DNA of 64,000 bases from Botryllus schlosseri (GCA_051294905.1 CM119372.1:15006001-15070000); one strand, 5' to 3'. Counted from the stretch's first letter, positions 11,193 through 24,368 are shown. The notes: generated by a model from the letters alone, not told the origin. Numbers and translations: made by a program.

Positions 11193-11686
11193 TAATAATC
11201 ACCAGTCTGCCTAGTTTCAAATAGTAACTTATGTATTGATGCTTGGTTATGCTTAGTTAAAGGCAGTTTGACCGTTTTACTACTTGGCGAGCAGTAGGCC
11301 TATCTATATAGCGTACGTACTACGTAGCCTATGTATTGTACGGACACCGGACAAAGATTTGAAATTTTGTAATCGTCAAATAAAACATCACCATGGTTAA
11401 AATCAACAGCTGCTGATATACATCATAACCGAGCCGTTCTTTACCGTTGCTCGTACCCGCAGCTTGCAGTATCTGTATTAAGTGGAAGGTAGAATTTTAG
11501 GTTCACTTTATCTTATTATCATATGACTGTACTTGAAACGGGCGCCAGTGGTTATTTCACAATTCTTCACTCGACATTTATATCTGTCGACATAGCCATC
11601 CGCTTATACACCATGTTAGCGTGGGTTGTAGGTACAATCGGGATCAAAAAGCAATTCGTTCCCCATTCCAAGCGCTGGCATTGGTC

Positions 11687-11890
11687 GGGTTGTACCCAAG
11701 TCACAATGTCCCGAGTCACAAGTCAATCTCACATTTATAGTTTTCACTCGAGTCAAGTCGAGTCATTTTCAATTCACTCCCGAGTCAATTTCAATTCACT
11801 CCCGAGTCAGCTCGGAGTCCAAGTCAGCTAGTATAGGGTCGAGTCCGAGTCATAGTGTTTGACTCGAGTACGAGTCCAAGTGGTTATGTT
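11687..11890. mobile_element. Left-end fragment of the GAGTC-repeat hAT family
   Basis: gggttgtacccaagtcaca plus GAGTC arrays, similar to the start of 14120. Confidence 0.6.
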
Positions 11891-14415
11891 CACAAATCAG
11901 TTTTCCGATCAATCCGGTTCAACCCACTTTTTTCAACTCTGCTCGAGTGATATAGAATGGCTCGTATTCATAATATCGTAATTTTCATCAGTTTCCACAG
12001 TTTACAGCTCTATTTTCAAGTATCAGGACTGATAGTCGAAATACAAATAACGTGGTAAGTTTATTCTTCGAAGTTACATGGAATTTCTGTCTTGGCCGTT
12101 CTAGTCTCGAGCCACAGAGCGCGGCTACTGACAATGGACACATGGGCCTACCTAAAGTTTTGGCCAAGGACATTCTTTGGTAGTACACTTTGTCGAGTTG
12201 CATGTTGATCGAAATTGCATACGTCTTTTCGTGTGTCGTGGCGGGGTAATGACCGCCACCGAAATGCCTATTCCTATAAATCATGTATGCTGTTTTTTCT
12301 TGAGGGGGAGAGGTATGCGTTTCAAAATCAAGCTATTTAGAGACATTAAATCCCAAAGCTCGAAGAAAATTTTCAAATTCATTAACTCTCTTGAAAATAC
12401 TCTATAATAATTTATGTTGATTTACGAAATGCTTTTGAGTCCCCTTAGAGCTCGCTCCCAGTCCTATTGGGGAGTTTGGGGTGTGGCAGTTACAGACCTG
12501 GCAAGAATGCAAATCGTTGGGTGCGACGAATAGTCCTGCATTGAGTTGGGCAATGGGTACATTATGACGTAACAAGCAAATGACGCATAATTTATGAAGA
12601 AAGTTGTTATCTCATTAGACCTTTTCATCGCAAGCCTTATATTGTCTTCCAATATCTCTTCTGAAATTAGCCTAGTTCTAAGAGGCAAAACAAATGTAAT
12701 CGTGATTACTTTTGAAATGTAATCGTAATCGTAATCGACTACTTCCTGATTTTGCTGTAATCGTAATCGCGGGATTCACAAGTAATCGTAATCGCAATCG
12801 ATTACTTTCGTGAAGTAATCACCCCATGTCTGGACAGGGCACAACCTTCTTTGCGCCTCTCAAATCTTTAATAAGTTGATGCCGTGCCTAGCGCATACCG
12901 TAAACTGAAACCCAAAAACAACTATAAATATTCAACCCAACCCTAGCTTATAAACTGAATAACTTACCGGCTTTTATCCCACTCTACCTACGAGCAATTC
13001 GCGCCATCTTGCTGTTCAAAATGAATCAAATCAGGCCCAACATGACGTCACATCTGTAACTACTAAATATGAATGGTGCACAATCCACATTGCAACTAGA
13101 TTAGATACTACCATCATAGTCGTTTACAGTACTGCTATGCTGTAAACGACTATGCTACCATAGCCTTTCTAAAGTTGAAGTGCAAAAAATTACCATTTTT
13201 CAAGATTTTCATCCGGTATTGCAAGTAAAAAGTGTCCTCTTTTCAGATTTTCAAAATATGGTAACCCTTTTTTACGGATCTCAAAATATGGCACCCCATA
13301 TACTCTGAATATATATATATATATATATATATATACGAAATAATTTTGGGCCACCTTCGAGCTCGGCCTCCCCCAATTGGGGGGTTTGGGATGCGGCAGT
13401 TACGGTCCTGAGCTTAATTATTGTGTACCCTTCCCAAGAAAAATGATGCATGATTTTTACAAACTTGCGCATTTTGGCGACGGCAATTACCGCGCCATGA
13501 CGAACTATAGGCCATGTAACATGCGACTCCCAGAAGTGTGCTAGAACGATCGGCTACAAAAATCATTGGCCGAAAAGGACTGCTCTTATGCTGACCAAAA
13601 ACTTCGATGTGTGCTTTATTGTCCAAAGGCCCCGAATGTTCCGGCCCTGGCAATCTTAACCCCGTCAGACAAATGGTACCCGCAGTTAAAAATTATTTGC
13701 CAATGAATAAAGTCCATGAATAAATACCAATTTGAAATCGTGTGCGTCTTTTATTTTTAGTAGGCTACGTTTGGGCGATTTCATAGTAACACAGCGGACA
13801 GGATTTTCGAATTCATTATATGTTTGATTATAATTGTTATTATTGACGGTTCCTACATTTTCTAAGACGGCTCACTCAGCTCTTCCGGTAAATATGATTA
13901 TGTGAGCAGAGTGAGGATGAATTAATAGCAATATATATAGGGAATTCCCAATCATATTGACCGATTTAATGTGGAATTATAATAATTTTTGCGCTTCGCG
14001 CGGTTAGGCAAGACGAGCTGACTCCCTAAACATGCACAACAAGTCTTCCGATAAATAGCGGGAAAAACGTATAGGCCACTGGGGAAGCCCCCCAGAAGTT
14101 TTGTTTATCACCCTATGGGCAGGGTTGTAACCAAGTCACATGGTTCCGAGTCACGAGTCAATCATACTTTTGTGGTATTGACTCGAGTCGAGTCGAGTCA
14201 TTTTCAATTCATCACAGACTCGAGTCCGAGTCCAAGTCACCTTTTAAAGGGTCAAGTCCGAGTCATGGTGTTATGACTCGAGTCGAGTCCAAGTCACAGT
14301 ATTGAAGTCATGTTCAACTCATGTTTTCAATCCTGCTTGGGTGATATCGAATTCCCTGTTTGCGAAACATGCTCATTTTGTCCCTATCAGAGTCTTGGCA
14401 CGTGTTTATTTAGGC

Positions 14416-15958
14416 CAGTGGTTCTTAACCTTTTTTCTTCCAGCGCCCCCTTTCAAAAATTATCGTGCTCCAGCGCCCCCCCAACTTCATATTGTAAGGA
14501 ATGTAATAAAGACAATGAGTAAGAGGGAGGGTCGTAACAGCACTTCGTCAGCCCCCTAAAAACGATTGCCTTGCGCACCCATTGCGTGATAAACCGAACT
14601 TCTGAGGGCTTCGCCCCCACGAACCCCATATCATGATTTTGATGGTCAGCAAAGTTTGTGTGGCCTGGTCGCCTTAGGTACCAAAATTTTCTATAATGCA
14701 TGAATGAATAGGTGGTGATTACATATATAAGTCGCTATATACTTTTTATCCTCTCAGCCCACGTAATCAAATTTACCAGTAGCACTGAGTGAGCTGTTGT
14801 ATAGGAAAATAAAGGCACGTAATTAATAATTAAACATATTCGGGCGTGCCCGCAGGTACAATTATTCGTTACCAGGGCCGTAACAGCACTTCGTCAGCCC
14901 CCCCCCCCGAAACAAAAAACGTTGGTCCTGGGCCCCCACCGGGTGATAAACCAAACTTCCGGGGGACTTCACTCCCAGACCCCCATTAGGCTGTCCGCTA
15001 TTTGCTGATAGCCTATTAGGTATCTACATTGGGTGTCCATTTACTGATGCAGCTATTTTCGCCTAGTCGCGCGAAGTGCAAAAAAATTTCACTAATTAAT
15101 GATTGAATTGGTCAATATCATCGGGAATTGCATGTAAATTGAGATCAATTTTTATCCTCTCTCAGCTCACGTAAACACATTTACCGGTAGAGCTGAGTGA
15201 GGTGCAATGTTCCCTCTAAGCTGCGCACGTGCGCAGTGCTGACACGGTCTCTGCGCACAGAAAATCTACGTTGCGCACAACAAATCCGGAGTTATTACCT
15301 TTTTTTAGTCGTTACGCACTGTTGTCCAAGGGTCAGCGCAGTGAGTTGTTGAGTGTGCGCAGACTCATCAAAACTTAAAGCGAACATTGTGAGGTGTCTT
15401 GGAAACTGTAGGGCCCGTTACTAATAATTAAACATATTCGGGCGGGCGAACCCATTGGTATGACTTCGTTGCATGATGTTATTTCGTGACCCGCTGTCTG
15501 CAATATCAAAAAATGTAGAATCGCTCAACGGGGATATCGCCCAACAGGAATATCCCTGTCGCCCAATCGTACCAAACTAAAAGACGCACACGATTTCAGA
15601 TTGGTATTTCATCACTGACATATAATTTTTCCCTGCCAGATGGAATTCGTCTTCTTGGGTTCAGATTGCCAAGACAGGAACATTCGGTGTCAGTCATTGA
15701 GGCGCCCATGGACAATTAAACCTATATGTATTTTGAAGGCTATATGTAACGAAGTTTTCGGTGTTAATTTGCTCTGAATACTCATTAAGGATATGTCCTA
15801 TCACCACATCATCTGCTGCCAAATCGATTTTTCTCCAGCGCCCCCCATACCGCCCCCTGAGCCCAGCGCCTCCCATATCGCCCCCTGAGCGTTTCCGCCC
15901 CCCTTCAAAATCGCCAGCGCCCCCTGGGGGGCGCTGGTGGCAAGGTTAAGAACCACTG
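14416..15958. mobile_element. Charlie/Buster-like hAT MITE (CAGTGGTT ends) carrying nested CAGGGCCGTAAC-family sequence
   Basis: TIR cagtggttcttaacc / ggttaagaaccactg; perfect TSD atttaggc. Confidence 0.9.
15205..15389. mobile_element. hAT-type MITE, CAATGTTCCCTCTAA family
   Basis: Same family as 4768 and 20295; flanked by tgaggtg direct repeats. Confidence 0.85.
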
Positions 15959-16978
15959 ATTTAGGCAGATAACGGACAGGTCCTGACCTCATTTACCGAT
16001 GCTAAAGATAACTTTACTAATCTTAGAATTTAAAATCAAATATCTCTCTTGTCAGTCTGATACATCACCAATACAAGCATTCAGTTTTTATTATGAACAC
16101 ATCGACGATAGCTCACGAATAGCTGATAGAGAACCAACGAATTCACGTCTACATATAGAGAACCAACAAATTCACGTCAAGATACTAGTTGATAGAGAAT
16201 CAATAGATGCATGTTTATGTAGAGGTATTTACAACAGGCCAGCATGCTGTAAAAGCGTGCATGCAACTATGTGCATATAGTGCAGTGACAACAGAACAGA
16301 TACCTTTTGATTATACTAAAGGTTTTCCCAATTGCATTACAGACTACATCGCAGTTACAGCATTGGAGAAATAATTGTACAATGGGGCTGTTCAAAAACA
16401 TTTTTTCAAATTTTCCGGCTACTTCTTAAAATTGCTTGATTGCCTAAAAAATTAAATTTGGCTCAATTCCAACCAGTAGAAAGCAATGCTATGAAAGAAA
16501 ATTTTTGACTAATTACAAATAGATATTTTCGAATTTTACCGGCTATCTCATGATATTGTTACATTGTGTAAAATATGATTCATAGCAAATTTGACTCAAT
16601 TCCAACTAGAAAACGTGAAGTTATTAGAGTAGAATGGTTTGGATATGAAAAAATAGTCGGCTTACTACTATGTATTTATATTATATGAAAGAATTTCTCA
16701 CTAAAATACTCCATTTATTTTCAAATCCAAAATATTCTCCTCTCACATCATTGATTCCACTTTTTTCAAATTAAGCCAGATTCAGTGTTCCTTTTATGCA
16801 ACATAACAATTTTATCAAGTAACCACCCAGTAAAATAAAAAAGAAGTTATTTTAGAACAGCCATATTGTACAAACATCACACAACATTAGCCATTCATTA
16901 TTACTCACGTGCACAATGCACATACCTAACAAAACGTCAAATGGACGAAGGGCATTGTGTGTTTTCACAGAAAGCAGA

Positions 16979-17358
16979 TCAAATCAATGAGTTACACCTC
17001 AAAAATACTAATGTGGAAAGGAGATCCTCAAATATGTTAAAGCGGCATGGCCGTAGAATGAATCCACATCTACTGAATACACGTTCCACTAGTGCACTAG
17101 ATGCAGGAATTGACAAGCATTTTTGAACCACACTGAAGAGCATTGAATACTCATTCTTTCTAGTCGCCCAAAAATGCAAAGAATCATCGCCTTCAAATCT
17201 ACACATGAGCTTATCAGTCTCTTCATCATCTGAGTCATTTCATTGGCTCTAATTGAACTTTCATTCAATTGTTTGCTTGTATAATTGAAAAGTCTTGAGT
17301 ACTTTAATTGCGGAGGATCTATTACCTCTTCATCACTGGACGATTTTGTACAATGCAT
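16979..17358 (-). pseudogene. hAT transposase C-terminal dimerisation-domain remnant
   Basis: LHFWATRKNEYSMLFSVVQKCLSIPASSALVERVFSRCGFILRP..LVFLRCN. Confidence 0.9.
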
Positions 17359-17784
17359 TGCTACTATGTATCATTTTCTGTTGTTTTTACGGCGGCATAT
17401 CTGATATCAGACAAGTGCAATGAAAGCAGTGGTGACAAATAGCGATGTCGGCAGAATTCGTCGGATGCGTTGATCTAGCCATTATGATTCGCAAATTTCT
17501 TCATCTTCAAGTCATATAAAATAAGCCGAGTCAATGACTTGGGTCGAGTCATGCGTAATGACTCGAGTACAAGTCGAGTCAATCCAAATATTGACTCGAG
17601 TCGAGTCGAGTCATTTTCCCATTTCAAGAAAATGACTCGAGTCAAGTCGAGTCATAAAAAAATCGTGACTCGAGTCTGACTCGAGTCGAGTCATGACTCG
17701 AGTCATTACAACCATGCCTATGGGGCCCCAAGATCAACGTTTGGGAGGGGGACTGACGAAGTGCTGTTTCGGTCCTGGTTTCGC

Positions 17785-18058
17785 CATCCTCAAGATTACC
17801 GGACCACGACTGACCTATCGATCTCGCTTCCCATGACATGCCGCCCTATTCTTGTCGCTTTCTTTTTCTATACTGCCTTCTTTACTTTCATTCAGTGTGC
17901 ATGCCTCCTCTTTACATCGCCTAGGCCAAGGTGGGTGTCTGATTCCATAGACAAATCCAAGTCGCTTCGACATCTTCCTGTCTATTCGTTGCATCGCATT
18001 TTTGTGGTGTATTGAACTGATAAAATTGCTGATAAACCAATGATGATGATGATGATGA
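17785..18058 (+). mobile_element. 3'UTR-only copy of the L2/Crack LINE
   Basis: Near-identical to 5778-6045, with a (tga)n tail. Confidence 0.85.
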
Positions 18059-18125
18059 TAGGCTTACCAATGACGTGCGGTGAGGTTCACGACTGGTGAC
18101 TGGTGAGTCACTGATCCTATATAGT

Positions 18126-18788
18126 AGACCTGGGCAAAGTGCGGCCGCGAAAGGTTGCTTGGAATTCAAAACATGAAAACGAATTTCCAAGAGCATGACT
18201 AAAACCATAGGCTGTATTGAATGAACAGAAATTCGTTTTCTTTGAAGCCTGTTCATTATTATGTCATGAATACGCTGCCTACTTACCTCGCATGTATAAT
18301 CAAGATTCAAAATATAGGCAATGTGGCAAAGTATGAGTATAGTCACAAGAAATCACTCTTTCCGTATAATTTAGTTCAAAACTTCCTTGTTGCCATTGTT
18401 ACATTACGCATTATACGGTTTGTGCTTCAAGTTGGTACGCGATACGTTTCCAAATCCCTAATTGGTAAAACATGTCAATCAGTGCTCGCGAGTACTATAT
18501 GACTCATCATTTCTATCACCCACAAACGATTAACGGGGTTTAAATTAAATGTATCATGTTCAACATTGTTTCGAATCATGACCAAAGAAAGATACTTTTA
18601 ATTAACTGTCACTTTCTAATTACTTAATATCAACACATCCACTGATCAGCATTCATTAACAATGTAACTTGTAAATAAAATAAAAATACGCTGGAGAATA
18701 GCCTATAGCTAAAAAAATTCACTCGGCCCGCCAACGTATTTTCTACTTCTCATTTGGCCTGCGGAAGAAAATAATTGCCCACCCCTGC
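18126..18788. mobile_element. Degenerate hAT-type MITE
   Basis: Ends tagacctgggcaa / ttgcccacccctg; CGGCCCG subterminal motifs; (c/t)atatagt-like flanks. Confidence 0.5.
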
Positions 18789-18906
18789 ATATAGTAACCT
18801 ACCCGGTGTCCGATATCACAGTCTATGTGTAGTCTTATTCCAATCATTTATTTACTCCAACATTACTCGATCCCCCGCTTCACTACCAGTGCCATGCATA
18901 TACGTG

Positions 18907-19258
18907 CATCATCATCATTGGTTTATTAGCAATTTTTATCAGTTCATTACACCACAAAATTCGATACAATGAAAAGATAGGAAGGTGTCGTAGCGACTTG
19001 GAGTAGTCTATGGAATCAGACAACCACCGTGGCCTAGGCGATGTAAAGAGGAGGCATGCACACTGAACGAAAAGTAAAGAAGATATTATAGAAAAAAGCA
19101 AACAACAAGGAATGGAGTGGAATGTCATGGAAGGCGAGATCGATAGGTCAGTCGTGGTCCTGTAATCTTGAGGATGGATTCATTCAGTAGTAATTGCTTT
19201 TGTATTTCGACTTGAATGTGGACACTGGACATGCTCGTCGACTGTCGAATGTCAGCTG
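18907..19258 (-). mobile_element. 3' end copy of the L2/Crack LINE
   Basis: Matches 1455-1810 in the same orientation. Confidence 0.8.
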
Positions 19259-19338
19259 GTTCAGTCATATCTTCCATCCAAAGTCAGGCTCAACAACAGA
19301 CAAACAGTACTACTTGAACTAACAAACGGGACTTCTTG

Positions 19339-19593
19339 AATTTTCATACCCCGCAAAATCTCGATATGTGCCAATATCTCCCAAACTACATTAGCCTGGA
19401 TTAAGTCAATGCGCTCATTCGATGTAACTATTGGAGCTATACAATCTGATACCAGAATTGTAGCTATATGCCCACGGGAACATAGAGAAATCTTGGTCAA
19501 ATTGGAATTTTCATTCCCCCTAAAATCTCGATATAGGCTATGCCAATATATCTCCCAAACTACATTAGCCTGGATTAAGTCAATACGCTAATT
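19339..19593. repeat. Direct repeat of about 85 bp, period about 170 bp
   Basis: atctcccaaactacattagcctggattaagtcaat occurs twice. Confidence 0.8.
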
Positions 19594-19789
19594 TGACCAA
19601 CATTCTCAAAAAAGAGGACAAAAGGGCGTCCTCCGAGGACGCTTTCAAAAACGTCAAAAAAAGGACAAATCCTCTTAAAAGAGGAGGTAGCCTATGGTAA
19701 CCCCAAGATATTTACCACGGGGCCAGAATGTTGAGCGTGTATAATGGTTATTGGTTAGTGACTAAATGTTCGAAGTCCGAGTTGTCCGG

Positions 19790-20065
19790 GAAGGCCGTTC
19801 GTAGCACGAAGTCAAGGATGACCACGAACAAGAATGGTGCCAAGGTGTCGCCGTGAAGCACGCCAGTCTAAGTGGTAAATTCTCCGTTTAGGCCGTCATT
19901 TGTTCGGACTCACGCTCGTGTGTCAATGTAGGAGGGCCATAATGGCGCACGTTATCACCTCAGAAATTCCATAGAGTCTGAGGATCCTCGCCATGGCTGG
20001 GCGCGAGACCGAGTCGAAGGCTTTCGCAAAGTCAGCAAAGATAGCCACAACATTCTTTTTGTGTG
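19790..20065 (-). pseudogene. RTE-clade LINE reverse transcriptase fragment
   Basis: VAIFADFAKAFDSVSR..ILRLYGI, then GVLHGDTLAPFLFVVILDFVLR, with stops and a frameshift. Confidence 0.8.
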
Positions 20066-20294
20066 ATCGACAGATGTCATGCGCACCGCATTCATGTGAC
20101 CGCTACCCACATTGCCAAGATACTGCATTCTATTTCCCTCTTCGAGGAAAGCAATATCAACGAAATGATACAATACATGACTAAAACATGAAAGTTCTAC
20201 AGACATTCACGGTCTTTACCCGAGGGGGCTAGGCTCACGCCAGTTCCCTACAACGACGTGCATAAATGGAGAATGCTAATCAGCTACCTATAGC

Positions 20295-20480
20295 CAATGT
20301 TCCCTCTAAGCTGCGCACGTGCGCAGTGCTGACGCGGTCTCTGCACACAGGAAATCTAAGTTGCGCACAAAAATTCTGAAGTGATGACCTATTTTTTAGT
20401 CGTTTACGCACTGTTGTCCAAGGGTCTGCGCAGTGAGTTTGGAGTGTGCGCAGACTCGTCGAAAATTAGAGGGAACATAG
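20295..20480. mobile_element. hAT-type MITE, CAATGTTCCCTCTAA family
   Basis: TIRs plus perfect TSD cctatagc. Confidence 0.9.
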
Positions 20481-20712
20481 CCTATAGCCTACTTATGTCC
20501 CATCCTATACCAAACACTGCCGCAAACATAGTCTTTCATGTTCGCATGTTATTGTCAAGGAGCACATGATTTCAATACTCGAAAGAATCATCTCTCACTA
20601 CTCGACTCGAATAGTTAAAATTATATATAATACTCGATTCAGATTCTCGAGTATTCCCATTATTGTGCCCAGCTTACTTAACAGTTGTTTCACGTTAGTC
20701 GTGAACATGCAT

Positions 20713-21638
20713 CAGTGTTGGGATAACTCGAGTCATGACTTGACTCGAGTCACCTTTTTCGTATGACTTGACTTGACTCGAGTCACTTTGCTAAAATGAC
20801 TTCACTTGACTTGACTCGGCGTATCAAAAATGTGGATTGACTCGTGACTCGGAGCAAAATTCACGAGTCAATTTCGAGTCATCAAGCAATCAATGTCGAT
20901 AAAAATCATTGTGTCTTACATAAGTTCGGATTGCACGCGAAACGCTGGTGTAACCCATGAGAGCGACCAATCATTCAATGATGGTGCTTTTTTCTGGCAC
21001 CTCCATTGTTCTCACACAAATGAATTGATCGGAAACGAAGTGATCGAAGCTTGCAGCTTACGATGTCGTAAACTAGTATAGTAAAGTAATTTAATAGCAA
21101 AATGTCTATTTCTGTTCTCTGTTCTTAACTTAACCAAACTTGTTTTATTGAAATTGAATTCTAATATACTTTATATAGTCCTCAACCATTAGCGCAGGCC
21201 CGAATTGTATCATATCAATTTGTAACTGGGTAATGTATTGTTTCTCTATTCTCTATTTTGGCTGGTAACTATAATCCGAGGCTATGCTACTACTTATGTA
21301 ATTTAGCATTTCTACATGTGAGCAATAAAGCGCCTTCTTGCGTTTATATTTAACTCTATATTCGTTCATGAGTACAGAATCAATGACCACTCAATCATTA
21401 TTTCTGACAGTTAGCAAAATGCAATGACGTAAGCATCCCTTATACTTCGAAAAGGCAACTTGACTTGAATTGTGACTTGACTCGTGACTTGACTTGACTT
21501 GACTCGAGTCACCCCCCAAAATCGAGTGTCTTGACTTGACTCGAGTCGCCTTCGAAAATCGATGGACTTGACTTGACTCGAGTCAAAATGTGCAATGACT
21601 CGAAATGACTCGTAGGTAGTGACTTGATCCCAACACTG
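20713..21638. mobile_element. hAT-type MITE, CAGTGTTGGGA family (GACTT/GAGTC arrays)
   Basis: TIR cagtgttgggat / atcccaacactg; TSD acatgcat/ccatgcat; homologous along its length to 58626-59524. Confidence 0.9.
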
Positions 21639-21679
21639 CCATGCATCCAGCAATTTCGACACCCGCCAGTGACCTTCGA

Positions 21680-22055
21680 TCGGTTTATCTACTTTATCAA
21701 AGTACTCGCTTGAATACTTTTCAAGTCGTCATTTCCTACTTCTAGTTGAAATAGTTTTGATATTAGTTGGTAAATTTCTACTAGCACTGAAGTATAAATT
21801 TACGGCGTTGATTGTACTTGTGCGTTCTACTTCCACAACTTCAGGATCTGACTTGTAACAAGACACAAGACTCGGGTTTGAATGTATCATCTTTGGATGC
21901 AATGGAAGACGTAAGTCATTGGTAGCATATTACCGTGTTTTCAACCCGTCAAGGATCTAACATAAGTTCTAATGACAGGAATTGGCGCAAAAACATTTTG
22001 AAACGTCTGAAGAACAAGCGATATGCGCAAATCGATTGACAATGGAACAAGGTAA
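21680..22055 (-). repeat. Unexpanded homolog of the 133-bp satellite locus
   Basis: The reverse complement contains one satellite-like unit flanked by sequence matching 49560-49620 and 52495-52700. Confidence 0.8.
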
Positions 22056-22313
22056 GGTAAGGACCCCGTTACGGCGTATACTCGTAGCAGTAAGGGGAAC
22101 ACGGTGTGTTCCTGGGCTCGCGGGACGTCGTCTGTTTGCAACTGCCGCCTGCTCAACGATCTCACACAATACGGCGGAACTGACAGCAGCACAAGTCTAT
22201 ATAACGGAACCCAGACGATATATAAAACTCCTATATGATACATGCAAACGAAACAAAACAAGATAATGTGCGATGCACAAATTCTTCTTTTGGCATAGAC
22301 TATAGGACCTAGA

Positions 22314-22745
22314 TCAACGCATAGTATTCATGGTGGACTTAAGCACAGACAAATGGAATAAATTGCGACCCATTTCCTCATTATAATTGGCAACACACGT
22401 TGGATTTTCCAGCAAGTGTTTACCGACGGAAGGCTTTTGACCCATTGCCTGGTTGTATGCGAGAACAAACCGATTACTTTGCGGCGACATCGAAATATAC
22501 GATTTGATAGATAGTGGAATGTGTTCTTTTATACGGGCCTGCAACCGTTTGGAAATTCTCCCTACGAACCGACAATTGCAGTGGCATTTGAAGTAATAAA
22601 TTACGTTACTTTGCTGTGAAGCCGGGAAAACGTCCTTTTGGGTCGCAAGAAACATTGGTATCGTAGTGAAGACAATAATGTTTTTTACCGTTGGAAAACA
22701 ACAGAACACAGCTGAAGTTAGCTGTTTCTCAAATCCATGAGAAAC
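22314..22745 (-). pseudogene. Degenerate Penelope-like GIY-YIG fragment related to 6839-8707
   Basis: TQKDVFPASQQSNVIYYFKCHCNCRFVGRISKRLQARIKEHIP..VGKHLLENPTC; part is duplicated at 33034-33244. Confidence 0.85.
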
Positions 22746-22792
22746 CGGGTCGATCTAAGGTAGGCCTACTACATGGATGTGTATATTCCTAC

Positions 22793-23013
22793 TTTCGCGA
22801 GAAACTTCTTCGGAAGTTCCTTGTGGTTTACTATCATTATTATCATCTATAGGTCGTGTTTTGTCATGATCAATAGGCAATGTTGAGTAATAGCATATTT
22901 TCTTATGAATGAGTAAAGGCCAAATTTAAGAATTAGTTGTAGCTAAACGTCACATATGGACGACGAACTTACCTAACGTAACATCCCAAGAATCGAATCT
23001 TCCAGGTAGAGCA
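22793..23013 (-). CDS. Two putative micro-exons (22973-23013, 41 nt; 22793-22846, 54 nt)
   Basis: tttcag/gtaagt and cctatag/gtagga splice sites; compatible phases give ALPGRFDSWDVTL-D-DNNDSKPQGTSEEVSRE. Confidence 0.35.
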
Positions 23014-23218
23014 CTGAAAGTAATAAACATAATGGAATTGCCAATTTAAAACCCTACTCGTCATTATTATCACTTCATTTCCGTTTTGACTTTCTAGGAT
23101 GTTTATAATAACCGAAACCCTTTAAACTGTGGGCCCTGAGGCCGGATTACTGCGCCAGCAACAAAGTATATAAAAGAAAACATGAAGATCGTGTTTAAAT
23201 ATTTTAATAAAACTTTGA

Positions 23219-23485
23219 TCAAGTTGCTGCATTATTATTTTTTACAGCGTTTGTTTTGCCTCTTGTGGGCCGCACAAAATGATGCCGCAGCAACCTAAAA
23301 ATGTTACAGCCGCCGCTGGACTTCGTATCCTCTTTTGTTAATGCAACAGCTCTCATCCTGAAGAAAATTCTGCTCTGATTGATTTCTTTTTTTCTCGTTC
23401 TTTCGCAATTCTTTATTGTTTTCTTTTCTTTAAAGGCTTTCTTCAATTTCTTTCGCATCGAATCCTTAAATTGTTCACTCAACAT
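23219..23485 (-). CDS. Putative lysine-rich terminal exon (copy at 33718-33984)
   Basis: Open frame DSMRKKLKKAFKEKKTIKNCERTRKKE..NAAT*, downstream of the micro-exon array on the same strand. Confidence 0.35.
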   Translation of the reverse strand: MLSEQFKDSMRKKLKKAFKEKKTIKNCERTRKKEINQSRIFFRMRAVALTKEDTKSSGGCNIFRLLRHHFVRPTRGKTNAVKNNNAAT

Positions 23486-23514
23486 TATACAAATGATAGA
23501 GCGGTGCTGCTAGC

Positions 23515-24035
23515 AAGGGCTGGGCAAAATCGAGTACCTGAGTGATTCGATTCTGAATCACGTATTACGCTTCAAGTCGAGTATTCGAGTATCACTCATT
23601 ATGACGTCATAACAGTATGTACTATGTCAAAGTTCAAATATGTACCTTTTATGTCACCACAAAGGACTCAATGTCTGTTATCCATCACATTAAAGATACT
23701 TTGGTATTTTTTCGACCATGCCGATTTCATGACTTCGGAAATGTGTTATTTCCAGTAACGTTCGTAGCTTTGTACTATGTCTTGTATCAGGGATATCTAG
23801 ACTAGTAGTCTAGAAATCCCTGTCTTGTATGCTGCGATACGGCCAATCAAGGTTTCAGGGCTTCCTCAGTGGAAAATAGCATCAAAACTATAATTCTCAT
23901 TAGAAAATTTGCTTTCAGTATCGAGGAGCGTATAATTTCAGTACTCGAAAAAAATCGTTTTTACTACTCGACTCGAATCATTAAAATAAATGCTCGATTC
24001 AGATTCGAGTACTCGAATCATTGTGCCCAGCCCTA
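23515..24035. mobile_element. hAT-type MITE, TAGGGCTGGGCA family (TCGA repeats); copy at 34014-34534
   Basis: TIR agggctgggca / tgcccagccct; homologous to 49959-50467. Confidence 0.85.
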
Positions 24036-24298
24036 CAGCAATGTGACTCCAGTATCTTTACCAAAGAAAATGGTTGCCCGACTTATGAGCATGCGACACA
24101 ATGAAAAACGACAGTTAAGCATGCGACGCTATAGCAGGAGGATGCATTAGAATGGTAACAGGAGCACAGGAACACATGAACATGCTGTGCTGATGTGTCT
24201 ACATGCCCACGAGTCGCATGCTCAAGTGTCGCTTGCTATTGTGTCACATGCTAATATGTGCAAGGACCACCAGTTTTTATTCGCGACACTTGAGAAGC

Positions 24299-24368
24299 GA
24301 GTGGCGCAGTTGGTTAAGCGCCAGCGTCACGACATCAATGGCAGTGGTTCGTACCCCGGTTCGGACTA
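24299..24368 (+). other. tRNA-like Pol III head, probably a SINE 5' end (copy at 34798-34867)
   Basis: Box A TGGCGCAGTTGG and box B GGTTCGTACCC; no convincing cloverleaf acceptor stem. Confidence 0.5.

Larger units (their letters stand above)
10391..12832. mobile_element. Non-autonomous hAT-type element with GTAATC subterminal arrays, containing nested insertions
   Basis: TIR cagacatgggg / ccccatgtctg; perfect 8-bp TSD gacagggc. Confidence 0.9.
14120..17716 (-). mobile_element. Deleted hAT transposon with GAGTC/GACTC subterminal arrays
   Basis: TIR cagggttgtaa / ttacaaccatg; perfect TSD cctatggg; internal transposase remnant. Confidence 0.9.
13415..17777 (-). mobile_element. CAGGGCCGTAAC-family element split by the 14120-17716 insertion
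   Basis: 13415-14119 and 17725-17777 match the reverse complement of 43531-44640 and join across TSD cctatggg. Confidence 0.7.

Noticed and set aside
13308..13335. (AT)n tract as a functional element
   Set aside because: Ordinary microsatellite.
20720..21630. GACTT/GAGTC arrays as telomeric or iteron-like repeats
   Set aside because: They are enclosed by TIRs and 8-bp TSDs, so they are transposon subterminal repeats.
24299..24368. Functional tRNA gene
   Set aside because: Boxes A and B are present, but there are no convincing acceptor or anticodon stems; better read as a SINE-like head.
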